DNA of 40,069 nt, taken from NCBI GenBank assembly GCA_022813865.1, contig JALDZX010000102.1:1-40069 (forward strand), in the 5' to 3' direction. This document shows, piece after piece, positions 26,990 to 39,026 of this stretch (positions are counted from its first letter, which is position 1; each line of letters starts with the position of its first letter). The stretch comes from Xylographa opegraphella. Lineage: Eukaryota. The position numbers were made by a program, and so were the translations under genes. The notes under the pieces are model-generated. The model was not told the origin of the DNA, did not search any database, and worked only from the letters and a program-made list of their open reading frames with translations.

Positions 26990-28200
26990 CAAAATCTTGC
27001 ATTTCCCAAGTATTATACCAATTCTTTTATTAAATTTATATATTACGATAAAGCAGCAGTCGTATTTTTATTATAATTTTAGTAAAATAAAAATAGAAAA
27101 TAATTATTACGCAGTAATAAAAAATGCCGAGCGTTATAATCGATTAAAAATTTCTTTAAAATTTATATCGTTTAATTTAATTCTTTTAATATAGCTAGTA
27201 ATGTTTAATATACGTTTTAAAATAATATTCCAATTAATAAATATACAGAAAAACCGTAAGTTTTTTATAAATACGATAATATTTAATATAATCGTATAAA
27301 TCGTACGTTATATATAATACGTTTTTTATTGAATCGTATTAAAATATATAGTTTTTTTCAATTACTTTCAGAATTTATTAAATAAAAATACCGCGTGCGT
27401 ATTTAAAATATCGTTCCTAGGAACTTTCTCAAATTTTACGTTAATAAATATCGCTTTCGTATTCAGCGATAAATTTAACTTCAAAATCAAATAATATTTT
27501 TATTATAATCGCCTAATAATTATATAAACAGTAAAAGTAATCATAAAAACTTTGGTAATCGTTACGCGTATCATCATTCTATTTAATTTAAAAATAGCGT
27601 TTAATATGATATAAAATCGATCGAATTTATATTTAACGATAAGTTTGAATGTTTGAAAATATTCTAAAGTTTTAACGAGCCGCAGATTAAAAGTTTTAAT
27701 ATTTATAATTAATAAACTAATTTAAATCGTAATATCAGTAATCGGAAAATAATCGATATATATTATTATAATTAAATTTTCCACGATTTTCAGCATATGT
27801 TTTTTTTAGTAATTTAAATCAACTATACTATTTTTATTTCAATAAATCAATATTCTTTTTATATTAATTAAAGCTCTGTTCGAAATTATAATAAATTAAA
27901 TATCAAAGTATTTTGTATAATTATATTAATTAGTTTTAAAATTGTTGCGAATATGTTTAAACCAGGTTATCTCTTTACATAATATAAATTTTACTTCAAT
28001 TTCTAATTAATTGCGAACTAATTCTACCTTTAATTTAACTTTATATATAATAAATTATAAATATATCGGGGCCCAGTTATTTACAATTATTCCGAATTAA
28101 AATTTGTAAAGTTTATAATTCATAATAATCGTTTTTAATTAACAATCAATTTATAACCAGTTCGTGACCGGTTTCTAATTTATATTATTATTTGTTAATA
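26990..28200 (-). mobile_element. CACTA/EnSpm Tnp2 (Transposase_21-like) relic
   Basis: Minus strand in expected order: C-x-x-C/E.R-like at ~27960-27990; IDYFP (for TDGF) at 27743-27760; F.L...I..GD at ~27508-27545; ttattttaaaacgta (LFENV-like, requiring one transversion) at 27211-27225; ..EW-like at ~27015-27030. Confidence 0.5.
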
Positions 28201-28669
28201 TTCAATTAAAAATTTCTCAACTTAATACTTTAAACACTGTATTAACAAAATAATTAAATTAATTATTAATTATAGCTAAACAAATAAGTTTTATATATCT
28301 TGCAGTATATATAAACTTTTATTATACTTTATACTGGTAGTACTGTAAATTATTAAATAGCAATAAAAGCTTAATATAATTATTTATACTTAAATACAAT
28401 TAAAAGCCGTAGAGTATTATATTAAATACCCAGCAAATTATAAACAAAAAATCGGTTTAATTTTATTAATAATATAATCCAGCGAAGCTCTTTATCGTTA
28501 ATTTATTATAAATTTAATAAATATAATTTTTATTTTTATTCATTATTTTTATTATCGATATTTAAGCCACCAACATTTTTGTTCTTTTCATTTAAATCGT
28601 TATTTTAACCTATTTCGTAATATTAATTATGAATAATATTCGAATCAGAATTTGCCTCGCTATTAATTA

Positions 28670-28860
28670 TTATAAACTTTTAATTTAAATCCTGATTGTA
28701 ATCCCGATTTTAATTTAAATCCTGGTCGTAATTTTAATTTTAATTTTAATTCCTGTTCGAATTCTCGTTTTCGTTTTGATCCCCGTTCCCGTTTCGATTT
28801 TAATTCTCGTTTTTGTTCTAATTCTCGTTATAATCTCTATTCTACTCCGCCTTCGACTTT
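28670..28860. repeat. Degenerate 6/12-bp low-complexity tract (TTCTCG/TTTTAA units)
   Basis: Read directly; charged low-complexity frame on the minus strand upstream of the CACTA relic. Confidence 0.7.
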
Positions 28861-29234
28861 AAATCCCGAGTGCGTATATTACACTTGTTTTCCGGCGGTC
28901 AGTTGTATTTTATAGCCAAAAAAATTTAAAACGTTATATAAAATTTTCAATATTAAATTTAGCATTCGAATTATTATTAAAATTAAAATAATTAGCAAAA
29001 GATTATAAACGTATTTTTTTTCGAGAAATTCTTAACCTTAAATTTTTTAAATATTTTTAAAATATTAAAAGAATTAAATCGTAACTTGCAATATAAATCT
29101 GTAAATATAATTGTATTAATATTTTGAAGGTATATTTCTATAATAATTATTCTACGATAAATAATATAAATTTAAATAAATATATTTATATAAATTAGCG
29201 ATCGACTGCAATATATTCAAAATATATAGTAATA

Positions 29235-29560
29235 AACAAAAATGAAAGTTTATAATAACAGAAGTTAATTTGATAATAGTAAAAATTAATTTTTTAGCAG
29301 TAAAAAATAATTTTATAACAGCAAAAGTTAATTTTATAGCAGCAAAACTGATTTCTATAGTAGCAAAAATTAATTTCATAGCAGCCAAAATTAATTTGTA
29401 GCAGCAAAAGTAATTTCTACAGCAGCAAAAATTATTTCTATTGCAGCAAAAATATAGCAGCAAAAGATTTTTATAACAGCAAAAATATAGCAGCAAAATA
29501 ATTCTATAATAAGAACAGTTAAAATTATAATAGCAATAATAACTCTTATAATATAAATAA
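29235..29560. repeat. Degenerate ~21-bp minisatellite (consensus about TAGCAGCAAAAATAATTTCTA)
   Basis: GCAGCAAAA recurs at about 21-bp spacing; accounts for ORF 29152-29496. Confidence 0.85.
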
Positions 29561-30276
29561 AAATATTAAGTATTATTATAATTTAGAACACAAACTATTC
29601 TTTTTTAATTGAAATTATTTTATTAAAGTTTACCACCGGCGTAGCGAATTTAAATATAAATTTTAATTAATAAAACTAGAATTCTTTTATTAAAATCTTT
29701 TTAAATTTTATAAATGTTAATTTTTAAAGCGGTGGAAAATTAAATTAATCTAAAACAATATTATCAACGAATATTTTTACGCTATCGTAAAATTAATTTT
29801 TTTATAATTTATTAAGATTTTTTATTTGTTTTACCGTTTTTTATTAAAATTTATAGCCTTTTCCGTATTAATAAACGTTATTGTAACGATTTCTTTGACT
29901 TTAATATTGGTTAATTAATATAAAAATATTTATTAACTACTAATTTTTAAATGTTTAAATATTAAGTATATCGTAGCCTTTCTAACCCTTTTATTATTTT
30001 TTATATTTAAAGTTAACTTATTGCTACTAATTACCGTATCTTTTACTATAATCTTTAACCTTTTAATATTAACATTGTTATCGACAAAAATAAATTATTT
30101 TTTAGAAATTTTAAATAATATAAACTATTTAAAGGGCTAAGGCTAAAAGACGCGGTCGGGGTAATATTAATGTATTAAATAATATTTTCAACGTACGCGA
30201 AAACTCGCTAATTTAAAAATCAATCGAAAATATAATACATTATTATTAAAGTTTCAATACAATATTAAATCAAGCT

Positions 30277-30380
30277 GTAAACGAACGTAAAGATTTCCAT
30301 ATAATAATAAATAAAAATATAAACGAGCGTAAAGATTTTAATATAATAATAGGTAAATTTATAAACGAACGCGAGAATTT
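30277..30380. repeat. 42-bp tandem repeat, about 2.5 copies
   Basis: TRTAAACGARCGTAAAGATTT..ATATAATAATA unit repeated. Confidence 0.8.
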
Positions 30381-33300
30381 ATATTTATAAAATTTTAATA
30401 AAAATTAGATAAACGGTTTAACTTTCGTTTAATTTAACTAATACTTCATTTAAAAACGTTTTCTAAAAAAGCTTCGATAATAATTAAGAATATTTACTTT
30501 TTTTAAATAACTTTCGACGTTTTAATATTTATAATATTTTAATTAAATACCGATTATATAAGTAAGAATTAATTTAAAATATAAACATATTATCATTTCT
30601 AAATTCCTGCGTATTTGAATCGACTTGGTAAATTTTTATTTTACGAAAATTTAATTTATTTTTCGATATTAACGTTATAAGCTTATTTCGTAAAAATTGT
30701 ATGAAAATCGTTTAATTTAAAATCGAGCGACCGTGGGCTTAAACTTCCTTAACTATTTTCGAAAAAATATTAAATATTATACTTACAGAAAGAATTACGA
30801 GAGATTACATATTTTTGTTTTTTAAATGTTTAATAAAAACAAAAATAAATATTAAATTATATTATCAAGGACGTTAACGTTATGATTAATTAACGTCGTG
30901 ATTGATTAACCTCGAAGGTTAATAAAGATTTGAATTTTACGCTTAAATTTTAATAAATAAAGGGCAATTTCAAGATTTTTTCGTTATTTTGTAATATTCA
31001 TGAAGGCTATTTAATATTTTATTAAAAAATACGCTGGCTGCGAATTTTTTAGATTGAATCCTTTTTACGAAATATTCAAAACTTTTCGTAAATAAATTAA
31101 TTAATAAAAGATTTTTATAATCTTTTTTAAATCTTTTGAAATTCCTACAATAACGTTATAATATATAAATTTAATACGTTATTTTTAATAAATTTATTAT
31201 TATTAAAAAAACGTTCGTTAATAAGAAAACGCTCGAGAACCCAGAGGAAATTATAGATTATAATTAGCGAAAAAATATAGATTTAAACTTAAATATACTA
31301 ATTATGATTAAAGTATTTAAAAATATAATTATAAATAATATATTAAATTTATTGTTAAATATTATGTTTATCTTTTCCCGTGCGATTAAAGAACTCGAGA
31401 GGAAAAAATAAAAATAAGAAATAAAAACGATTTATAAAATATTTTAATAAATATTATTTATTTTAATAAAATTATATTATACTAACGAATTATTATAAAA
31501 TAGTACTACGATTATAATTATATTATTAATTAAATAAAAGGTTTGAATTAGAAATTACTTTTTAAATTTAAAAAGCAGCTTTAATTCAAATACGGAATTC
31601 AGTGGATTAAAATACAATATTAAGGAATATATTGCTAAAATTATATTAAATTTTAAAAGTCGAGGGGTTTTTTTTCTATAAATAATATACTTACAATTTT
31701 TTTCGCTATTATTACTTTTTTTTCTTTGACATAATCGAGATTTATGTCGTAAAGGTTATAAATTCAATAATGTTAATTCTAAAATGGTACTTCAAAAAGT
31801 TTAAAGGCTTTAAAGAAAATTAGCGAAAATTTTAAAATTTTAAAATTATTAAATTTAACGTATTTTTTTGGCGATAAAGCCTTTATAAACGTCGCAGCTT
31901 TATTTTAAAAGTTAAATATATATAGACAACATATTCGAAAGTATTTATTGATTTTGAAATTGATAACCAAACTATTTTAATAATTATAAAAAATAGTTCT
32001 CATTTTTAATTCGCGATACAATAATGACCAATATTTATATTATGAATTAATTATATTAATTCTATTCTATTAATTCCAATCGAGTTATTTTGTTTTTTAT
32101 TAACTACGCGAAAAATGTATTTTAATATAATTTAATTAGTAGCTTTTCCGGCAAAACTTTAATATTTTTATATTTAAAGATAATCGATTAAATCTGCCAG
32201 CAAAAATAATATATATAATAAAGTTGAAAAATTTTTAATTACGAGCGATATTATTTTTCATTAAATTTCTTATTCGAAATTAAATATATAATATATAAGA
32301 AAACGTATACATTAAATCGCGAAAATTCTTTAAATTATACTATCGACGAGAAATAAGGCAGGGGTATAATTGAAATTTAATTTATTATTATTGGTTATGA
32401 AATTACGATACGTAAAAAAAATATAAAACTTTTAAAAAGTTTAAATCGTAGTTGTATTAATACGAATTTTTTCTTCTGGAAAATCAGCGTATTAAAGTAT
32501 TTATAAATTATATAATATAATAACTCGAAGATCAAGGTTTATTATATTAAATTTAACCCTTTTGATAAATAAATTATAGTACGAATAATAAATATAAAAT
32601 AATAAATCATACTATTTACGACAAATTTTCATTTAATATAATAAAAAACATTAACAATCGTATATTATAATCGTATATTATTATCGTGAATATTTAAAAA
32701 GGCTATGTCCGTTAAAATTTAATATATTTTTATTTAATTTATTCTTTTAGTCTTAATATTTTTTGCCCTTAATTGTATTTTATAATAATTTTAAAGTTTG
32801 CAAACATAAACATCATTCATTCAAAGGGTTTTGTTTAAGTTTTATAAATTTACTTTACGAAAAGAAAAAATTAAGTTTTTTTATTTTTATTTTTTCAACA
32901 TTTTAATATTTTAATTGAAAATATTATTAACGCTTTTTTCGTTAATACTATAATTAAATAAAAGCAATTATATAAATATTCAAAGAACTTTAAGTCGTAT
33001 ATACATTTTTATTATAAAAATAGCGAAAAATATATTAAATAAACGAATAATAATGACTTTATACGTTATAGTATTGTCAGGGGCTGTTAAATATATTTAT
33101 ACTCTAATATAAACATATAGAATTTCAATTTTAATATTATTAAAAATAGCCGTTATTATTGGCAGATCGTATAGAATCGAAAGTTTATAATTATTATAAA
33201 TAAAATTAAATAAAAATCAATTTTTTAAATATTAAAAATAAAATCGAATATTATAATTACATATTAACTGGCCTTATCGTTTAATTTTATTATAAATAAA

Positions 33301-33469
33301 TCTTACGATTTACCGTATTTTGAATAGCGTATTTTTAAAAGAACTTTATGATTTTTTTAAATATTGTTTAAAGACTAAAATAAAGGAGTATTTATACTTT
33401 TTTTTAAATATTTTTCTAATCGCTAACCTGGAATTCAAAGCTTATTATATTATATTGAAAATTGATCTG

Positions 33470-33735
33470 AATTTATTGAATTTATTGAATTTATTGAATT
33501 TATCGAATTTATTGAATTTATTGAATTTATTGAATTTATTGGATTTATTGAATTTATTGGATTTATTGAATTTATTGAATTTATTGAATTTATTGAATTT
33601 ATTGAATTTATTGAATTTATTGAATTTATTGAATTTATTGAATTTATTGAATTTATTGAATTTATTGAATTTATTGAATTTATTGAATTTATTGAATTTA
33701 TTGAATTTATTGAATTTATTAAATTAATTGAATTT
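33470..33735. repeat. 9-bp minisatellite (AATTTATTG)n, roughly 28 copies
   Basis: Near-perfect array; gives the LLN repeat of ORF 33320-33727. Confidence 0.95.
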
Positions 33736-34269
33736 ACTCGATCTAACGATTAATTTAGCTACCGCGCTTGTTCGACTAATTCGATTAATTTAATTTATAA
33801 TATCATTAATTTATTAACTAATTCATTAAATCGAAGTTAATAAAGATAAAATAAATAATATTTATATTTAAAATAAAAATTTCGTAAACTTATATAAAAA
33901 GTTTGATATTTTTTTTATTGTAATTGCCTTGATTATTCGTTTAAACGAAGTTTTTAACGGACGAAATAACGTTAGAAATAAATTTAAATTAAATTTTTAT
34001 CGCCGTAAAAACGATATTTATATTATATCCTAAGATTTAATGAAATAAAATCGGAATTTATTATCGCTAAATTTATAATAAAGGCGCTATTATTATAACA
34101 AGATATAAAGGTAACTCGATTATTATGTTAAAATATACGATATATTTTACGGGAATTATTTAAATATTTTAAATTTATTAGTTACAATTATTGATATTGG
34201 AATATATAAAATCTTGTTTCATAAATATATAAGGCTTGAAAAAATTGAATCATAATTCATTAATTTATT

Positions 34270-35980
34270 TAACGTAAATATTTCATATTTAGTTTAAGAT
34301 TTTATTAAATTTAACGTACTGTACATAATTAGTTAACGTTGATAATATTGACGTTAATAATATTAAAGCTGATAATATTAACGTTAATAATAATTAACGT
34401 TAACAGTATTAACGTTGATAATTTACAAGTCGCCTGTCTATAAAATTTTTAATCGATAAAGTAATTAAAAATTGAAAATCGATAATTAATTATATATTAA
34501 TAACTGATTTCATATTGATAATTTTCGATCATATATAAAACTTTAAGTCGCTGATTAATTCGAGACTAATTAACGACGATCGATTATTGATTTTCTGGTT
34601 AACGATTAATTTGTAATTGATTGATAATTATTATAAAGTTTTATCGAGGGTTTATATAGTAAATGGTTAATATCTTTGATTTTGTAACTATAAAAAATAA
34701 AAATAAAAATCTTATTTCTTTGAGTTCTCTTACAACGGTATGTAAATTTAAAATATATTTAAAAATAATTATATAATTTTATAATTACGTCGCGAAATCT
34801 ATTTAAATAATATCGCTATTAAGAAAATATAAAAAAATGTTTAATCGAAATCTCGTAAAACATTACGTTATTAATATGCGACGTAAAAAACGACAGTTAT
34901 TTTATTTATAAATAATTTAATTTTAGTTAAATCAAAGTTTTTAAAAAAAACTAAAAACGTTTCTAATAATTGTTTTAAAGTATTTTAAGTTACTTTAATA
35001 GCTTTTTTACGATATTAACAAGTTTTAGCAATGCGAAATAAAAGTTTATATTTATTACACTAATAAAAGTTTATATTTATTATACTAATAAATATTAGTA
35101 AATATTAAAATACGTTTTTATTTTATTTAATATCAAAATAATTTTTAAAATAATCGACGCTGAGGTCCGAAATATATTGTTTATATTAAAATATTTCGAT
35201 ATTTAGCTTATTATATTTTTAAGCAGAACTATAATTAAGGCAGAAAAAAATTATTCATTTATTAAAATAAAAATAATGTATTTAATTTAAATTATGAAAA
35301 AAATTTCACATATATTAAAGCCGTAAAAAACTAATTGTAATAATATATATGAATTATTTTACGATTACTGCCATCGCAATTAAAATTAATCTGTTAATCA
35401 TAATTATTAAAAATTTAATTTACAATTCGTTAAAGTTTTAGAATATTTTCAAAAGTTTAGATTTATTATTAAACATAAACTCGATCGGTTTTATATTATA
35501 TTAAATATCATTTTCAAATTAAATAACTATAATACGCGTAAAGATTACAATTATTTTTATGATAAATTTACCTATTTATATATTTATTAAGCGATTATAA
35601 TAAAAATATTATTTAATTTCGAAATTAAAATTATTATTCAATACGAAAACGACACCCGTTGACGTAAAATTTTTAAAAGAATTCGTAAAAATGTTATTTA
35701 AAATATATACGCGGTATGGCTCCAGTTAAAAAATAACGAATATTTTTATTAAATCAGTTTTAATAATAGCAGAAAAAATTATATATATCGTATAATTTAA
35801 TAAAAAACGTACTATATATAATGTACGATTTACACGATTATTCTGGGTATTATTATATTTATAAGAAATCACGATTTTTAGTATATTTACCAGCTCGAAT
35901 ATCATCTTAAAATCTACATTAATCATTATTAAAATATCCTTAAAGAATTAAACTAAAAAATACTAATTTTAAAGAAAATT
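34270..35980 (+). mobile_element. Probable hAT DNA transposon relic nested in the gypsy integrase
   Basis: Separates the two integrase halves; aaactcgatcggttttat (KLDRFY) at ~35477-35495; possible dimerisation-domain ER.FS-like motif at ~35715-35775; short repeats at the left end. Confidence 0.45.
34332..34425. repeat. 15-bp tandem repeat (TTAACGTTGATAATA), about 6 copies
   Basis: Read directly; palindromic core TTAACGTTAA in some copies. Confidence 0.85.
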
Positions 35981-37303
35981 TTAATTAATATTAATTCTGG
36001 AAATTCTTAATTAATATTAATTCTCGAAATTCTTAATTATTGCGTAGAAATAAACTTTATTCTTATTCAATTAAAATTATGATAAAAATACAACTACCAT
36101 TTGATCCTAATATACAAATTTAATAATATAATAATACAATGTTAAAAAAATAATATTACAATAAGAAATTAAATTAAAAACTTTTGAATATATTTTTAAA
36201 TATATTTTTAAATCGTCGAATCATTTATTTTAAAAGTTACATTTCTGAATATAAAAACAGAAAATTTTATTAAAATTATAAAAAAAGCTTTTTCAAGTTT
36301 TAAAAATAGAATTACTATATTTTATCGTATATTATATTTAAATTAACGGTTAATTAAAAAGAATCAATTAAATAATTAGAATAATTTTGTAATTTATAAT
36401 CGTAAAATAAAAAATACCCGGGGACTGGCCGAATTTGTTGCCAGCTTTATAAATAACGTATTTTAATTTAATAAATTTAATTATTATCAAATTCGCCAAC
36501 GAAATTACGCAAAGGATACTTACGTTTAAATCCAAAACTTGATATATTAAATTTAACAAATTTTTTAATAAATCTCGACGAAAAAACAACGGGGCATAAT
36601 TCCTAGTAATATAAAATCAAAATCAAAAAAACAATAACTTTTGCGAATATATTAATAAAAAAATACTACGATAAAAAATATATCGTAATTTTGTTATCGC
36701 TCGGTGATTACGCGATAATTCGTTTATATAAAAAATGTAATATTTTTATCGCTTTTAATGAAAAACTTTTTTTATAGTACGTAAAATTTTTTAAAATTCT
36801 TGAGAAAAATAAAATAATTAATATATCGATTTAAGCTATCTATAAATTAAAAAGTTTATTTAATTTTTATAATCGTATAATTTAATTTTATATTAAATTT
36901 AAAGTTCGATTTTTACTATAAAATATATGCCCGATTAATCTGCGGCGGTATATATTGATAATTACGAAAATAAATTCTTTAAATTTAAATCGATTATTAA
37001 ATAAACGAAAAAAAATATTTTGTAAAAGAACCATCGTAAAGTATTTAATTAAAAAAATACGGGGCAGAATATAATAAACAGTTAAAAAAATTAAACGAAA
37101 CACGAGAGTTTATCAACAATTATAATAAAACTACGAAAAATATATATATTCAATACGCTCAATTAAAAATTACTAAAGTTAATAATAAATAGTATTAACG
37201 TATTATTATAAATCAAAAATTAAAAATAATAATTCAAACATATTTATATTCGTATATAAATTTTATTTAGCGTGAACGTGAATTTTCTTCAATTAAAAAA
37301 ATT

Positions 37304-37473
37304 TATCACGAGTTCTGAGGTTTAAACCCTAATTTAATTTATATTTCCCTTTTTTTGCTCTGTTTGTATATTTAGCGAATTATTATATAATAAAGCTTTT
37401 ACCGTTATAATCATAATTCAGCTTTTATATTATTATATAATTGTAAATTCTATAGTCAAGCGCTCATCTTACA
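37304..37473 (+). mobile_element. 3' LTR (170 bp) of the upstream gypsy element
   Basis: TATCACG (RIP of TGTCACG)...CTTACA; colinear with 38855-39026; follows the chromodomain and an A-run at the polypurine-tract position. Confidence 0.85.
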
Positions 37474-38854
37474 ATAAATTAACATTATATAATGTAAAAT
37501 CAATTCATTCAAGATTTTAAATATAAAGCTTATATTAATTACAAGTTGTTTATCTAAAAGTGTAAAATTTTCTCAGTATTTTTAAATAATATTTGATTTT
37601 ATTTTTAATTTTCGATAAAGGCGATGTGTAATTTCTTTTAAAAAATTTAATAAAAGCGTTATTAACGTTTATTTAATCGTATTTTTAAGTTTTTTATGGC
37701 AATTAACGCGGAAAAACTCGAAATATATCGTATTTTATTATTAAAACGAAGATATTTTCGTAGTTTATATTATATTTATGAAATAAATCTTTTGTTACAA
37801 TATAAATTTTAAATTTGTTTATTAAATTATTAGCGCAAAATTTTGATTTAAATATTTGTTTATTTCTAACGATAACAAGATTTTTGAAGAGGAAATTTTT
37901 CAAATTCCATTGAACACGAACGCGATCATTTTTACGTTTACGATTTTTATTTTATTTTTACTTTGAATAGTTAATCGTTTTTTAATATATGTACGAAATA
38001 AAAAGAATAGTTAATTTTATAATTAATTTATCGTATCTGTTGTTCTTCGCTAAAAGCGCTAATTATATTGTATTATTAAATTTTCTTTCGATTTTAAAAA
38101 ATAAATTCTTCAAATTAAGTTAAAATATTTTTATTATTTTAAATTTTAAGCAATAAAATTTGTTTCGTCGAATTTTTTTTAAAAATTAAAAATTAATTTA
38201 TTAACGATAAATTTTGTTAAAATTCAAATGGGAGAAATTCGCAATCATGAATTATTATCAAAATTAATTTTATTATTTCTTTTTTTAAAATATAAAATAA
38301 AACAGAACTCGGCGAGCGATAACGCGTTTCAAATATTTTAATTGATTTAGTCGTTATATTCAGGAATTATTGTTTATAAAAAAAATTTATTACTAACAAA
38401 AGGGGTTTTTAAATTAATGAAAAAAATGAATCGATAAATTTCTAAACGGAATGAATTATTTCAATTTTTTGTAAATTTTAAAACTTTTTTCGAGATTTTT
38501 TTAATAATTTTTTTTGAATCGGTACGACATTTATATTGTTTATAAGTAATATACGAGGTTTTCTATAAAGTTTTTAATAAATAAAACTTTCGTAATTTAT
38601 TTTAAAAATTAAAAATCGATCGATTTTTTAAGTATCTTTTCCCGAATTTTACAGCGTAATTTTCAATAACGGGTTCAAAATTTAATATTTATAAACATTA
38701 TTATTTTTTAATTTTATTAACGTATATTATTATTACCCCTATACGATCGCGCGACTTAAATTTCTTTTATTTATTTTTTGAATAATAATTTTAAATTAAC
38801 GTAAAAATAATATTTATATTTTTAAATCTTAATATAATCATTGTTAAAAATAAT
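37474..38854 (-). mobile_element. Second Ty1/copia pol fragment, same family as 65-2400, inverted
   Basis: Reverse complement aligns by eye to ~70-1325 (e.g. aaacctcgtata, taaataaacgttaataacg); ORF 37703-37903 retains KFKIYIVTKD..KYNINYENIF = KFKARIVAKG..KYGIDYEDTF. Confidence 0.9.
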
Positions 38855-39026
38855 TGTTACGGGTTCTGGGTTCTGAACCCTAACCTGATTTGTACTTCCA
38901 TTTTTTTTCTCTGTTTACACATTTCAATGAGTCATTATATAATTAAATTTTCTATTCATAATTACAATTCAGCTTTTTCACATCATTACACGATTATAAA
39001 TTTTATAGTCAAACACTTACCTTACA
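38855..39026 (+). mobile_element. 5' LTR (172 bp) of another copy of the same gypsy family
   Basis: TGTTACG...CTTACA, followed by PBS-like AGTGGTAACA (39027-39036). Confidence 0.85.

Larger units (their letters stand above)
33850..37303 (+). mobile_element. RIP-degenerated Ty3/gypsy chromovirus integrase + chromodomain, interrupted at about 34270-35980
   Basis: Zinc-binding (HHCC) region-like ~34010-34250; core STAYHPQTDGQ at ~36320-36355; DWPNLLPAL at 36422-36450; QYVGPFKILEK...YRL.LP at ~36775-36885; chromodomain-like ~36980-37125. Confidence 0.8.

Noticed and set aside
29152..29496. Cys-rich 114-aa ORF resembling a small secreted effector
   Set aside because: Entirely derived from the 21-bp minisatellite.
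19400..33460. Starship captain (DUF3435 tyrosine recombinase)
   Set aside because: No convincing catalytic motifs found by eye; cannot be fully excluded without an HMM search.
33320..33727. 135-aa ORF with LLN repeats resembling a leucine-rich repeat
   Set aside because: Product of the 9-bp minisatellite; no LRR consensus.
38876..38885. AACCCTAACC telomere-like motif (also near 37325)
   Set aside because: Fewer than two units, and part of the LTR sequence.
37304..39026. Non-autonomous LTR element carrying antisense copia RT
   Set aside because: The left LTR follows a gypsy chromodomain (3' LTR) and the right LTR precedes a PBS-like site (5' LTR); two separate insertions are simpler.
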